Assembly: GCA_963666735.1 (NCBI GenBank)
Contig: OY762926.1
Location: forward strand, 992,001-1,056,000
DNA length: 64,000 nt
Reading direction: 5' to 3'
DNA from: Gemmatimonadota bacterium
GTDB lineage: Bacteria; Gemmatimonadota; Gemmatimonadetes; Palauibacterales; Palauibacteraceae
Shown: positions 42,359 through 52,867 of the stretch, in pieces
Numbering within the stretch: the stretch's first letter is position 1
Layout: every line of letters starts with the position of its first letter
The notes under the pieces: model-generated
What the model was told of the DNA's origin: nothing
The model's input: the letters and a program-made list of their open reading frames with translations, nothing else
Database searches by the model: none
Translations under genes and position numbers: made by a program

Positions 42359-43771
42359 GTGGATCGCGCCACGGTGGTCCTGCACGGTCATTTCTACCAG
42401 CCGCCGCGGGAGGACCCGTGGACGGACCGGATCCGCAGCGAGCCGAGCGCGGCCCCGTTCGGGAACTGGAACGAACGGATCACCGCGGAATGCTACGAAC
42501 CCCTGGCGCGGGCGGGGGCGTTCGAGTGGCTGAGCTTCGACCTCGGCCCGACGCTCGCGCGCTGGCTCGAGGGAGAGCGCCCGGACGTCCACGAGGGCTT
42601 CGTCCGCGGGGACCGGGCGAGCCGCGAACGGCTGGGCTACGGCAACGCGCTGGCCCAACCCTACCACCACATCATCCTCCCGCTCGCCTCCCGCCGCGAG
42701 AAGGAGACGGAGGTGCGCTGGGGGATGGCCGACTTCGAGCGGCGCTTCGGGCGGCGCGCCGACGGCATGTGGCTCCCGGAGACGGCGGTCGACACGGCCA
42801 CGCTCGAGGTGCTGGCGGCGGAGGGCGTGGCGTTCACGATCCTGGCCCCGCACCAGGTCGCGGACGTCCCGGACGGCGGGGCGGGGCGGGTCCGGCTCGG
42901 CGGGGGCCGCGAGATCGCGGTCTTCGTCTACGAGGGTGAACTCTCGCACGGCGTGGCGTTCGGGGCTCTGCTCGACGGTCGTGACGCGTGGTTCGAGGCG
43001 CTCCGTTCGGCTGCGGGCCGCGGGGCTTCCGTCGTCGCGCTGGCGGCGGATGGCGAGACGTTCGGACACCACCACCGGGGCGCCGACCGCACGCTCATGC
43101 GGGTGATCTCCCGCGCCCGCGAGAGCGGAGAAGTGGAGATCGGAAACTTCGCATCGGCGCTCGCCGGCGGCGGCGAACTGCCGTTCGTGACCCTGGAGGA
43201 GCCCACCTCCTGGAGTTGCGCGCACGGCGTGGAGCGCTGGCGCTCGGAGTGTGGGTGCCGGATGGCGCCTCACCTGGATTCGCGGCAGCATTGGCGGGCG
43301 CCGCTGCGCGAGGCGCTGGAGACGCTCGCCGCCGGCCTGGATGAGGCCTGCGCGACGCTCTCGCCCGGCCGGTTGGCGGAGCCCCGGCAGGCGCTGGCGA
43401 CGCTGGGAGGCGTCCTCGGCGACCCCTCCGGACTCGAGGACTTCGCCACCGAAGCCGCCCGCGAGGATTATGGGGACGAAGCCCGCTCCCTCCTTGAACT
43501 CGCCCGCGACCGGGCGGCGATGTTCACCTCGTGCGCATGGTTCTTCGACGATGTGGCGGGGATCGAGGCCACGCAGGTGCTCGGCTACGCGGCGCACGCC
43601 CTCGACCGCCTGCACGGGCTCGCGCCGGAGCTCGCGGAGGCGTTGGAGGCCGCCTTCGTCGCGGACCTCGCGAGGGCCCCGGCCAACGACGCCGACATTG
43701 GGAACGCGGCGGAGGTGTACGGGCGCGAGTTCAGGTCGGGTGCCGACGTCCGGGTCCCGGCGGACGCGTGA
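42359..43771 (+). CDS. GH57 family protein (DUF3536-like)
   Basis: HGHFYQPPREDPW, WNERITAECY, WLPETAVD, ADGETFGHH, SWSCAHGVERWRSECGC, MFTSCAWFFDD. Confidence 0.88.
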   Translation: MDRATVVLHGHFYQPPREDPWTDRIRSEPSAAPFGNWNERITAECYEPLARAGAFEWLSFDLGPTLARWLEGERPDVHEGFVRGDRASRERLGYGNALAQPYHHIILPLASRREKETEVRWGMADFERRFGRRADGMWLPETAVDTATLEVLAAEGVAFTILAPHQVADVPDGGAGRVRLGGGREIAVFVYEGELSHGVAFGALLDGRDAWFEALRSAAGRGASVVALAADGETFGHHHRGADRTLMRVISRARESGEVEIGNFASALAGGGELPFVTLEEPTSWSCAHGVERWRSECGCRMAPHLDSRQHWRAPLREALETLAAGLDEACATLSPGRLAEPRQALATLGGVLGDPSGLEDFATEAAREDYGDEARSLLELARDRAAMFTSCAWFFDDVAGIEATQVLGYAAHALDRLHGLAPELAEALEAAFVADLARAPANDADIGNAAEVYGREFRSGADVRVPADA

Positions 43772-45753
43772 GTCGAGACGCGCTGCGCTTCGCGTTCGCG
43801 ATCCACCTTCACCAGCCGGTGGGGAACTTCGGCCATGTGTTCGAGGACCACCTGACGGGGGTGTACCGGCCCCTCCTCGATGCCCTCCATGCACACGGCA
43901 CATATCCGATCTCGCTGCACCTCTCCGGCCCGCTCCTCGACTGGCTCGAGGACGGCGCACCGGAGTTTCTCGATGACCTCGGGGCGCGGGCGGCGCACGG
44001 CCAAATCGAGTTCCTCGCCTCCGGACGCTACGAGCCCATCCTCGCCGCGCTCCCGGCGGAGGACCGAGTGGAACAGGTCGAGTGGATGCGGGCGGACCTC
44101 CGCAGCCGGTTCGGGGGCGAGGCCAACGGCCTGTGGCTCACGGAACGCGTGTGGGAACCCGACCTCGCCGCCGATCTGGCGCGGGCGGGAATCGAATACA
44201 CTCTCCTCGACGACCGTCATTTCCTCACCTGCGGACTTGAGCGCGAGGAACTCGACGGCGTCTTCACGACGGAGAGCGGCGGGGGGCGGCTCCGCCTTCT
44301 TCCGATCGACGAGCGGCTCCGGTACCTGATCCCGTTCCGGCCCGCGAACGAGATCGCGGACTTCTTCGCCGGGCTGCGGCACGGCGGGCAGCGCCAGGTC
44401 GTGCTCGGCGACGATGGCGAGAAGTTCGGCGGCTGGCCGGACACCCGCGACTGGGTGTACGGCGGCTGGCTGGACGCGTTCCTCGAGGCGCTGAACGCGG
44501 GCCGCGAACGGGGCGAACTGGAGCTGGTCACGACGCGCGAGGCGGCCTCCGGTCCGAGCGTCGGGCTCGTCTATCCCGCGACGGGTGCGTACCGCGAGAT
44601 GGAGGAATGGACGCTTCCCCGCCCCGCCGCGCGGCGCCTGGCGCGGCTCGTCGCCACGACATCCGACGGTGGAGGCGTCGACCCGCTGATCCGGGGCGGA
44701 CACTGGAAGGGGTTCCTGCGTCGATACCCCGAGTCGAACCGCATGCACAAGATGGCGCTCCGCCTCTCCGCGCTGTGCCGGGATCGCGGCGGGCCGCCCG
44801 AGGCCCGGCGCGCCATCGCGCGGGCGCAGTGCAACGACGCGTATTGGCATGGCGTGTTCGGCGGGGTCTACCTTCCACACCTGCGGCAGGCGATCTGGCG
44901 CGAACTCGCCGCCGCCGAACAGAGGTTGCGCGAGGAAGAAGGCATCGCTTGCGAGATTCTCGACTTCGACCTGGACGGCCATGACGAGATCTGGATCCAT
45001 TCAGCCCGGAGTTCCGTCGTGGTCAGCCCCGCCCGCGGCGGCGCGATCGAGATTCTCACGATCTTCCGGGACGGCGTGAACTACGTCGACGTCCTCTCCC
45101 GCCGCCTCGAGGCCTACCACCGGGACCCCTCGGAATCCGGCGTGAGGCGCGAGGGAGCCGGAGCCGTGCCCCGTGGGGCGCGCACCCGGAGCGATGGCGT
45201 CGCGTCGGTCCACGACCGGGCATCCGAAGCCCCGGTCGCGCCCGCACCGGACGGCATCCCGCTGGCCTTGCTGCAGGAGATCGCCGTCGCGCCACCGAAC
45301 GGCCCGGGGACGCGGGAACGGTCCGTCATCGCGAATTGGCGGCCGCACCCGTTTCGACTCGTGAGGGAACCTGCCGCCGAGGCCGGCCGAATCCGTTTTC
45401 ACCTGCGGTCCGAAGACGGTTTTCCCCGCCTCGACAAGGAACTCGAAATCCACGACGATGGCCGGATCGAGGCGACACTCGACTGGAGCGCGGCCGACCT
45501 CCCCGCCGACAGCGTGGTCGTCACCCGGCTGCCGCTCGCACACCCGATGCGGGTCGAGCCGGGGGCAACCGAGGGCCCGTGTGCGCCGCGGGAATCGCGG
45601 ACGCGGATCGTCACGCTGGCTCGGTCCGAACGAGGCTTCGAGGAAGTCGACCAGGGAGAACTCATCGAACTCGCGTTCCCGGCATCGGCGGGAAGGGCGC
45701 GCGTCAGCCTGACGCCCGAAGTCGGCCCCGGCACCGCCGCAGGTCCGGAATGA
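43768..45753 (+). CDS. GH57 alpha-amylase / 4-alpha-glucanotransferase (DUF1925/DUF1926)
   Basis: HLHQPVGN, WLTERVWEP, DDGEKFGGWP, YREMEEW, QCNDAYWHGVFGGVYLPHLR. Confidence 0.88.
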   Translation: MSRDALRFAFAIHLHQPVGNFGHVFEDHLTGVYRPLLDALHAHGTYPISLHLSGPLLDWLEDGAPEFLDDLGARAAHGQIEFLASGRYEPILAALPAEDRVEQVEWMRADLRSRFGGEANGLWLTERVWEPDLAADLARAGIEYTLLDDRHFLTCGLEREELDGVFTTESGGGRLRLLPIDERLRYLIPFRPANEIADFFAGLRHGGQRQVVLGDDGEKFGGWPDTRDWVYGGWLDAFLEALNAGRERGELELVTTREAASGPSVGLVYPATGAYREMEEWTLPRPAARRLARLVATTSDGGGVDPLIRGGHWKGFLRRYPESNRMHKMALRLSALCRDRGGPPEARRAIARAQCNDAYWHGVFGGVYLPHLRQAIWRELAAAEQRLREEEGIACEILDFDLDGHDEIWIHSARSSVVVSPARGGAIEILTIFRDGVNYVDVLSRRLEAYHRDPSESGVRREGAGAVPRGARTRSDGVASVHDRASEAPVAPAPDGIPLALLQEIAVAPPNGPGTRERSVIANWRPHPFRLVREPAAEAGRIRFHLRSEDGFPRLDKELEIHDDGRIEATLDWSAADLPADSVVVTRLPLAHPMRVEPGATEGPCAPRESRTRIVTLARSERGFEEVDQGELIELAFPASAGRARVSLTPEVGPGTAAGPE

Positions 45754-47156
45754 GCCGAGCGCGACGGCTCGATCCGCGGTGGTTCGTTTCTCCGGCCGTC
45801 TTTCTCGCCGTCACGGCCGTCGCGTGCGGAGAAGCCGATCCCGCCGATCCCGGCGGGCCCACCGAGACCGGACCGGCGTCGATCGTCGTTCTCACGGGCG
45901 CGGATCAGCGCGGCGTTCCGGCGCGCGCGCCAGCCGAAGCCGTCACGGTTCGGGTGCTCGACGCCGACGGACGTCCCGTCGCCGGAAGCTCCGTCGCCTT
46001 CCGGCCCGAGCCCGGCCACGGAAGCACGGATCCGGCTTCGACCGTCGCGGAGGCCAACGGGGAGGCGGCGACGACGTGGACGCTCGGGGCCACTCCCGGC
46101 GCCCAGCGCCTCGCGGTCTCGGCCGGCCGGGCCGAGGCCACCGTTCGCGCCGAGGCGATCGATCTCGATGCCGAACTCGATGCGCTGTTCGCGCCCGCCT
46201 CGGCGGCGGAGGTGGACGCCGTGCGGGCCGACTGGGCCCAGCGCAATGTTTCCGCGGCGGGGGTCGAGGTCGAACTGACCGAGGAGCTGGCGTTCGGGGA
46301 GTCGACGGCCACGCTGCGGATCGTCTCCCACGTCGTGGCGGGCTCCCGCCACTTCGGCGCCATCATCGTGCCGGACGGCGCGGCCCCCGAGACCCTGCCC
46401 CTGCTGATGTACTCCCACGGGGGCGACGGCGGGGTATCGGTCGACGACATCGACATCGTGACGCTGGCGCTGGGAGAGCTGAGCCACCGCTTCGTCTACG
46501 CGATTCCCTCGTTCCGTAGCGAGCCACTCCGCTACGAGGGCCGGAGCTGGGTGTCGGAGGGCCCCTCGAGTCACTGGGATTACGATGTCGATGACGCGCT
46601 CGCGCTCGCGAACGTCGTGTTCGAGACGACGCCGGAGGTCCGGCCCGACGCGATTCACATTCTCGGCGGCAGCCGCGGGGCCGGGGTCGCGCTGCTCGCG
46701 GGAGCCCGCGACGAGCGGGTGGACCGCATCGTGGCGTTCTTCGGACCGACGGACTTCTTCGACGAATGGATCCGGGTCATCGCGTGGAAGACCGCGCTCG
46801 ACGGCCCATGGGACCTGCCCGGTCTCATCCACCTCGACTCCACCGTCGTGCAGCCGCTGGTCCGGGGCACGCTGTCCACGCCCGAGGCGCGCCTCGCACT
46901 CGTGCGCCGGTCGTCCGTCCTCTTTGCCGCCGGTCTCCCCACCGTCCAGGTGCACCACGGCACGGAGGACTTCGTCGTACCCGTGAGCCAGGCGGAATCG
47001 CTGATGCGAACGATGGCGGCTCTCGGCCGCACCTCTCCCGGCTTCGAGGCGTTCATCTACGAGGGAGGCGGGCACGACTTCCCTTCTCTGGCCGGAGCCA
47101 TCCCCCGCGCGGCCGAGTTCATGTCGCAGGCACTGCAGCCGAAAGGAAACCGCTGA
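45750..47156 (+). CDS. Lipoprotein with Ig-like (Big) domain and C-terminal S9-like alpha/beta hydrolase
   Basis: Lipobox AVAC; VRVLDADGRPVAG...WTLG Ig-like domain; HGG, GGSRG, HGTEDFVV, GGGH. Confidence 0.75.
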   Translation: MSRARRLDPRWFVSPAVFLAVTAVACGEADPADPGGPTETGPASIVVLTGADQRGVPARAPAEAVTVRVLDADGRPVAGSSVAFRPEPGHGSTDPASTVAEANGEAATTWTLGATPGAQRLAVSAGRAEATVRAEAIDLDAELDALFAPASAAEVDAVRADWAQRNVSAAGVEVELTEELAFGESTATLRIVSHVVAGSRHFGAIIVPDGAAPETLPLLMYSHGGDGGVSVDDIDIVTLALGELSHRFVYAIPSFRSEPLRYEGRSWVSEGPSSHWDYDVDDALALANVVFETTPEVRPDAIHILGGSRGAGVALLAGARDERVDRIVAFFGPTDFFDEWIRVIAWKTALDGPWDLPGLIHLDSTVVQPLVRGTLSTPEARLALVRRSSVLFAAGLPTVQVHHGTEDFVVPVSQAESLMRTMAALGRTSPGFEAFIYEGGGHDFPSLAGAIPRAAEFMSQALQPKGNR

Positions 47157-47158
47157 GG

Positions 47159-47656
47159 ATGAGGACCCGTATCGCCCACACGACCGAGATCTTCGAAGCC
47201 GCGCGCAGACCCCTGTTCACCGTGCTCGACGGAATCTCGCGCGAGGATCTCGACTGGCAGCCCGCGGACGGGATGCGCGGGATCGGGAAGATCTGCCGCC
47301 ACATGTACCGCGTGGACGTCTGGTTCCTGAAGCAACTCGGCATCACGCCCGTGATCGAAGACGATGCTCCGGGGTCGGCGGAGGAGATCGCCGCCCGCAT
47401 GCGGACGATCCAGGAACAGATCCTCGCCGAGGTGGCCGCGCTGGAGAGCGACGCGGATCTCGTCGCCGAGCGCACATCTCCGGACGGAAGGATGACCTTG
47501 AGGCTGGGGGCGACCGTCGTCCATATCGCGCAGCATTATCTCTACCACCTGGCCCAAATCACGTACCTGCGCCGCATCCGCGACCGGGAGTGGTCCGCGC
47601 CGCTGGACGAATGGGAGACCGCAACCCACATCATCGAGGACAGGATTCTGGAATAG
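47159..47656 (+). CDS. DinB family protein
   Basis: LDWQP..GMRGIGKICRHM and HIAQHYLYHLAQI (His triad pattern). Confidence 0.78.
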   Translation: MRTRIAHTTEIFEAARRPLFTVLDGISREDLDWQPADGMRGIGKICRHMYRVDVWFLKQLGITPVIEDDAPGSAEEIAARMRTIQEQILAEVAALESDADLVAERTSPDGRMTLRLGATVVHIAQHYLYHLAQITYLRRIRDREWSAPLDEWETATHIIEDRILE

Positions 47657-47708
47657 CCGGGACCCTATCCGCCGACTCCGACCACCGACTCCGAACGGGG
47701 AGGCCGGG

Positions 47709-48614
47709 ATGTCCGACATGCCACAGAGGCCCATGGGGTTCGGGGAGATACTGGACGGCGCCATCCAGTTCTACCGGCGCGACTTCGGACTCTACTTCCT
47801 CATCGCCCTCGTGGGCGCCCTCCCCGGGTACGCGATGCTGCTCGCCCTCGGGACGCCCGGTACGGGCCTCGACCCCTCGGGCACGCCGGCGGTCGGCGAG
47901 CTCGGATTCGACATCGCGATCCTGCTTCCGGCAACGGCCCTTTCATGGGTGGGAACGCTCGCGGTCGCCGTTGCCATGCGTACCCGGATCGCGGGACGTG
48001 CGGCCTCGCTGGAGGGCGCGTACCGCGGAGCGCTCCATCCATTTCCGAGCGCGGCCGGAGGGCACCTGCTCGCCCTGCTGATCGCGGGCATCGTGGGCGG
48101 ACTCGTCATGATCCCGGTCGTGGTCGCGACCGCCTCCGCGTTCGCGGTTCTTGGCGATCTCGTCGTGGCGATGACCATCTTCGGACTCACGAGCCTCCTG
48201 GGCGCGCTCGTCGTAGCGGGCCTCTGGTTCTGTACCTCGTTCGCGATCTTTCCGGCCGTGCTCCTGGAGGGGCGGACCGCTGCGGAGGCCGTGCGCCGCT
48301 CGCTTAGACTCGGCAAGGGGGCCCGGCTCCGGATCGTCGGGGTCATGCTGGTCGCCACCATCATCCGCGAAGGTCCCTCCTTCGGCCTTTTTGCGCTCTT
48401 CGGAGGTTTCGAGATGTTCACGTCGCCCACGACCGCGGGCACGCTGAGTCCCGGTCTCCAGGCGGTGCAGAACACCCTGAACCTGTTGATCGGGTCGTTC
48501 ACCAAACCCTTCCTCGTGGCGACGGTGTTCTTCCTCTATCATGATCGGCGAGTGCGTCTGGAAGCTGCGGACCTGGAAACCGCCGCGATGGCGATGGCGA
48601 CGGACGGACGATGA
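47709..48614 (+). CDS. Integral membrane protein of the MoxR-associated module
   Basis: RPMGFGEILDGAIQFYR N-terminus, several TM helices, A.RRS.RL and LYHDRRVRLEAADL C-terminus. Confidence 0.75.
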   Translation: MSDMPQRPMGFGEILDGAIQFYRRDFGLYFLIALVGALPGYAMLLALGTPGTGLDPSGTPAVGELGFDIAILLPATALSWVGTLAVAVAMRTRIAGRAASLEGAYRGALHPFPSAAGGHLLALLIAGIVGGLVMIPVVVATASAFAVLGDLVVAMTIFGLTSLLGALVVAGLWFCTSFAIFPAVLLEGRTAAEAVRRSLRLGKGARLRIVGVMLVATIIREGPSFGLFALFGGFEMFTSPTTAGTLSPGLQAVQNTLNLLIGSFTKPFLVATVFFLYHDRRVRLEAADLETAAMAMATDGR

Positions 48615-49342
48615 CCCGATTCCCCGACCCTGCGCCTTACCCGGTTGGGCAGGAGTCATCCCCCGCCGCCGGCGCGCTTCCTCCGCCGGGCGAGATGACC
48701 GAGGCGCTGCGGGAGATCGTCGCCGGACCGGACTTCGCTTTCGCGCCCCTCTCCCCGCGGCAGCGGATCATCGAGTGGATCGGCAACACGCTCTCGAATG
48801 CATGGGATTGGCTGCGCCGATTCTTGTTCGACGAGGGAGGCGGGCTCATGGAGGTGCTGGCCGTCCTCGTCGTCCTGGCCGCGCTCGTCGCGTTGGGGGC
48901 GGTGGCCCTGCGTCATGGGCCGCAGTGGGCGCGCAGCGTGCGGGAGAGGGATGATGAGGATCCGGCGGGCGACCGCCCGCCCACCTCGGCGGGGGAATGG
49001 TTCGGCCTTGCCCGGACGCGCGCGGGCGAAGGCGAGTTGCGGCCCGCGGCGAGCGCGCTCTACCAGGGCTTTCTCCTGACGCTCGATGAGAAGGGCACCG
49101 TCGCGTTCCACCCGTCGAAGACGCCCGGGGATTACGCCCTCGAGCTGGAAACCGGCGCCGGCCGCAGCTTCATCCGGGACTTCCAGGGCCTTTCCTTCGG
49201 CCAGGAGACGCCCACTCCCGCCGGCTATGCGGCCCTGGAGGACCTGGCCCGGGACTCGGGCTGCGCGACGTCCGCGCCGAGGTCCGCGTCGAGGCCCGCA
49301 TCGAGCGAGGCGCGGAACCCATCGTGGCGGGACCCATCGTGA
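48611..49342 (+). CDS. DUF4129 domain protein
   Basis: One TM helix, then A..LY..FL..LDE, SKTPGDY, F..LSFG. Confidence 0.7.
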   Translation: MTRFPDPAPYPVGQESSPAAGALPPPGEMTEALREIVAGPDFAFAPLSPRQRIIEWIGNTLSNAWDWLRRFLFDEGGGLMEVLAVLVVLAALVALGAVALRHGPQWARSVRERDDEDPAGDRPPTSAGEWFGLARTRAGEGELRPAASALYQGFLLTLDEKGTVAFHPSKTPGDYALELETGAGRSFIRDFQGLSFGQETPTPAGYAALEDLARDSGCATSAPRSASRPASSEARNPSWRDPS

Positions 49343-50604
49343 GCGGGCCCGGCAGGTTCAGGACGTTCGCGTGGGTCGGCGCGGTCGCGCTGGGAGCGGG
49401 ACTCGCCGCGTACCTCGCGCGGCCGGCGGGACGCGCGGCACTCGACGTGAAGCGAAGTTCCTTCCGGACGACGCCGGACGGGGTGGCCGCGTTCGCCCGC
49501 GGACTCGAACGATTCGGGCGCCCGACGGCACCCCGCCTCACGCCCCTGGCCGACGCCGATCCGGTCCCCGGTGCGCTCGTGCTCCTCTCGCCCGCCGTCG
49601 TCGCGAGCCCCGTCGAGGTACACGCCATCCTGGAGCGAGTCCGCGGCGGGGGCACTCTCGTGTACGCGCCGCGGCTGTTTCCGGCCATCTCCACCTCGTT
49701 GAGGATCACGCCGCTGATGGATTCCCTGGGCATCGCGTTCCGCGTGCCCCGGCCGGGCGACCTGGAACAGCCGGAGTGGGTCGCCCACTCGCTGACCGAC
49801 AACCTGCCGGCGCCGACGCATCCGCGCCGTGCGCTTCGGCGGATGACGGGACGCGAACTCGGCGGACGACGGGACGACGAACAGAGCGAGCGCGACCCTC
49901 CGGAGGAGACGGGCACGCGGCCCCTCCCTGCCCTGCAGAGGCTGCTCACGACAGGGAACAACGAGGACCGGAGGTGGACCGGCGCCGGCCTCATGACCTT
50001 CGGAGAGGGGCGGATCATCGTCCTCGCCGATGCCGAGCCGCTCTCGAACGGTCGCATCGCCGACGACCCTCTGACGCTCGTCGTCATGCGGGCCGCACTC
50101 ACGTACACGACGCCCGCCGACACGATCTTCTTCGCCGAGTTCCACCAGGGCATCCGTGGCTATGAGAGCACGGCGAGGCGGTGGGCGGGTTTCGTCTTCG
50201 GCACGGCTCGGGGGCGAACGCTCTTCCAACTCCTCCTCGCCGCGTTCCTCGCACTCGCGTGCGCGGGGCTGCGCTTCGGCGCTCCGACGACGGCCGCGGC
50301 TCCTCCGGACCGCGAACGGAGATCGCCCCTCGAACACGTCTCCGCCCTCGGCGACCTGTACGAGAAGGCGCGTGCCAGGCGGACGGCCGCCCTCCTCCTC
50401 GTGGCGCGGCTGGCCCGCAGCGTTCGGCGCCCTCCGCCGAGGGACGTCGCCGAGGCCCGGGCTCTGATCCGTGAGCTGGAAACCCGCCGGGGGAAGCAGC
50501 CCGCGCTGGCCCGCATCCGCCGCGGCTTGCGCGCCGATCCGGTGGACCTGACGATGGTCGCCGCCGGAATCGACGACCACCTCGGAGGAAGGGCGGAGTC
50601 ATGA
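49339..50604 (+). CDS. DUF4350 domain protein
   Basis: [51 protein letters not shown]. Confidence 0.72.
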   Translation: MSGPGRFRTFAWVGAVALGAGLAAYLARPAGRAALDVKRSSFRTTPDGVAAFARGLERFGRPTAPRLTPLADADPVPGALVLLSPAVVASPVEVHAILERVRGGGTLVYAPRLFPAISTSLRITPLMDSLGIAFRVPRPGDLEQPEWVAHSLTDNLPAPTHPRRALRRMTGRELGGRRDDEQSERDPPEETGTRPLPALQRLLTTGNNEDRRWTGAGLMTFGEGRIIVLADAEPLSNGRIADDPLTLVVMRAALTYTTPADTIFFAEFHQGIRGYESTARRWAGFVFGTARGRTLFQLLLAAFLALACAGLRFGAPTTAAAPPDRERRSPLEHVSALGDLYEKARARRTAALLLVARLARSVRRPPPRDVAEARALIRELETRRGKQPALARIRRGLRADPVDLTMVAAGIDDHLGGRAES

Positions 50605-51548
50605 CGACGCACGATGCGGCGCTGCGTCTGCTGGGCGACATCGAGAAGGTGATCCTGGGCCAGGAAACCGTCCTCAGACAGCTCATGATCACGCTCCTCG
50701 CTCGTGGCCATGCGCTCCTCGAGGGCGTGCCGGGGACGGCCAAGACGCTTTCCGTGCGGGCACTCGCCCGCGGGCTGGGGCTCGACTTCGGACGCGTCCA
50801 GTTCACACCCGATCTCATGCCCACGGATCTCGTCGGCGTGAGCGTGCTGGACGAGACGCAGCGGAACTTCCGCTACCGGCCGGGTCCCGTGTTCACCGAC
50901 CTCCTCCTTGCCGACGAGATCAACCGCGCGCCGCCCAAGACCCAGGCGGCGCTGCTCGAAGCGTTGGAGGAGCGCCAGGTCACCGTCGACGGCGCCACGC
51001 GCGCCCTGCCCGCGCCGTTCACGGTCTTCGCGACCCAGAACCCGGTCGAGTACGAAGGGACCTATCCGCTGCCCGAAGCGCAGGTCGACCGCTTCCTGAT
51101 GAAGATCGTGATCGACTATCCGCCGGAGGAAGCGGAGCGGGCGATCCTCGACCGCCATGAGGCGGGGTTCCGGGCGGACGATGAGACCACGTACTCGATG
51201 GGCGAACCGCTGACGCGCGAGGCGCTCCTCGAGGCGCGCGACGCGGTGGACGGCGTGCACATGGACGAGAGGGTGCGGCGCTACGTGACCGGGATCGTGC
51301 GCGCGACGCGGGACGACCAGGCGTTCGTGCTGGGGGCGAGTCCCCGCGCGGGCGTGGCCCTCTTCCAGGCCGCGAGGGCCGAAGCGTTTCTGCACGGCCG
51401 GGACTTCGTCACGCCGGATGATGTGAAGTCGCTCTCGTTCCCCGTGCTTCGGCATCGCGTCGTATTGACCGCCGAGGCGGAGGTCGAGGGACGCTCTTCC
51501 GATGATGAACTGCGGGCGCTCATCGAGACGCTGGAGGCGCCCCGATAG
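50601..51548 (+). CDS. moxR: MoxR family AAA+ ATPase
   Basis: [65 protein letters not shown]. Confidence 0.95.
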   Translation: MTTHDAALRLLGDIEKVILGQETVLRQLMITLLARGHALLEGVPGTAKTLSVRALARGLGLDFGRVQFTPDLMPTDLVGVSVLDETQRNFRYRPGPVFTDLLLADEINRAPPKTQAALLEALEERQVTVDGATRALPAPFTVFATQNPVEYEGTYPLPEAQVDRFLMKIVIDYPPEEAERAILDRHEAGFRADDETTYSMGEPLTREALLEARDAVDGVHMDERVRRYVTGIVRATRDDQAFVLGASPRAGVALFQAARAEAFLHGRDFVTPDDVKSLSFPVLRHRVVLTAEAEVEGRSSDDELRALIETLEAPR

Positions 51549-51559
51549 TCCGCATCGCG

Positions 51560-52867
51560 GTGGTCCCGAGCGGGCGGACGCTCTGGCTGCTGGGGCTGAC
51601 CTCGTTCGTCTTCCTGTTCTCGGCGGCGGGCGCCGTGGCGGCGGACGCCGTCATCCTCCTCCTGGCTTGGATCGACGGCCGGCGGACACGGCCTCCATCG
51701 GCCTTCCGCGCGGTGCCGCGGATCGCCGCGCTCGGGGAGATCACCGACGTCCGGATCGAGGTGCGCAACCCGACGAAACGTCGGCTCTCCGTCCTCCTCA
51801 CCGACGACCTCGACCCCTCCCTTCGCCGCCTCCCCGGACGTGACGGAAGCGAACCCGGGGAGGCGGGCGTCCGGCTGGACATTCCCGCCGCTTCCGTCGT
51901 ATGCACGCATTACAGGCTGCGGCCACGCACGCGCGGTTTTCTCGCGATGGGGGCGATTCATCTGCGCACGCGCTCGCCGTGGGGATTCGCGTGGCGACGT
52001 GACATGGTGGAGGCGGCGCACACGCTTCAGGTGCAGCCCGGCATCCGGAGCCTGCTGCGGGACCGCAGCGGCCACGCGCTCCGGCGCGGCCTGCGCACGG
52101 CCGGCTCGCGCCGCAGCCGGCAGTGGGGCGACGGCCGCGAGTTCGAGAGCCTGCGCGATTACGCCGAGGGGGACGATCCCCGCATCGTCGACTGGAAGGC
52201 CTCGGCGAAGCGCCAGCGGTTCGTCGTCCGCAACTACGAGGCGGAACGCAGCCAGAACGTCGTCCTCGCCATCGACGCGGGCCGCCACATGCGCGAGCGG
52301 CTCGAGGACCGGGAGCGGGTGGATTTCGCCCTCGCGGCCGGCATGATGCTCGCCAACCGCGCGCGAAGCTTCGGGGACCGCGTCGGAACCGTGGTGTTCG
52401 ACGACGAGATCCGGCATCTGTCGCCGCCCCGCCGGTCCGACCCGGCGGCGCTGGCCCGGGTCTTCGCCGGCGTGAAAACCCGGCCGGTGGAGCCCAACTA
52501 CCCGCTCGCGCTCGCCACCCTGAGCCGGACGTTCCGCAAGCGGTCGCTCGTCATCCTCTTCTGCGATGTGATCGACGAGGCCGTCTCGAAGGCGCTCGTG
52601 ACCTCGCTGGCGCGGATCGGGCGCGCGCACCTCCCGCTGGCGGTCGCCATCCGCAACCCGGCGCTCGAAACGGCCGCGACGCGGCCCGCCCGCGAGGACG
52701 CCGCGGTCTTTCACCGCGCCGCCGCGGAGGAACTCGTGCAGTCGCGCGCCACGACGCTTCAGGTCATGCGCCAGTCGGGGATCCTCGTCGTGGACACCCC
52801 GCCGGGCGACGCTCTCGTGCGCACCTTGGACAAGTACGTCGAGATCAAGGAGCGGGGACTGCTCTGA
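51560..52867 (+). CDS. DUF58 (vWA-like) MoxR partner
   Basis: EFESLRDYAEGDDPRIVDWKASAK, YEAERSQ, IDAGRHM. Confidence 0.9.
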   Translation: MVPSGRTLWLLGLTSFVFLFSAAGAVAADAVILLLAWIDGRRTRPPSAFRAVPRIAALGEITDVRIEVRNPTKRRLSVLLTDDLDPSLRRLPGRDGSEPGEAGVRLDIPAASVVCTHYRLRPRTRGFLAMGAIHLRTRSPWGFAWRRDMVEAAHTLQVQPGIRSLLRDRSGHALRRGLRTAGSRRSRQWGDGREFESLRDYAEGDDPRIVDWKASAKRQRFVVRNYEAERSQNVVLAIDAGRHMRERLEDRERVDFALAAGMMLANRARSFGDRVGTVVFDDEIRHLSPPRRSDPAALARVFAGVKTRPVEPNYPLALATLSRTFRKRSLVILFCDVIDEAVSKALVTSLARIGRAHLPLAVAIRNPALETAATRPAREDAAVFHRAAAEELVQSRATTLQVMRQSGILVVDTPPGDALVRTLDKYVEIKERGLL

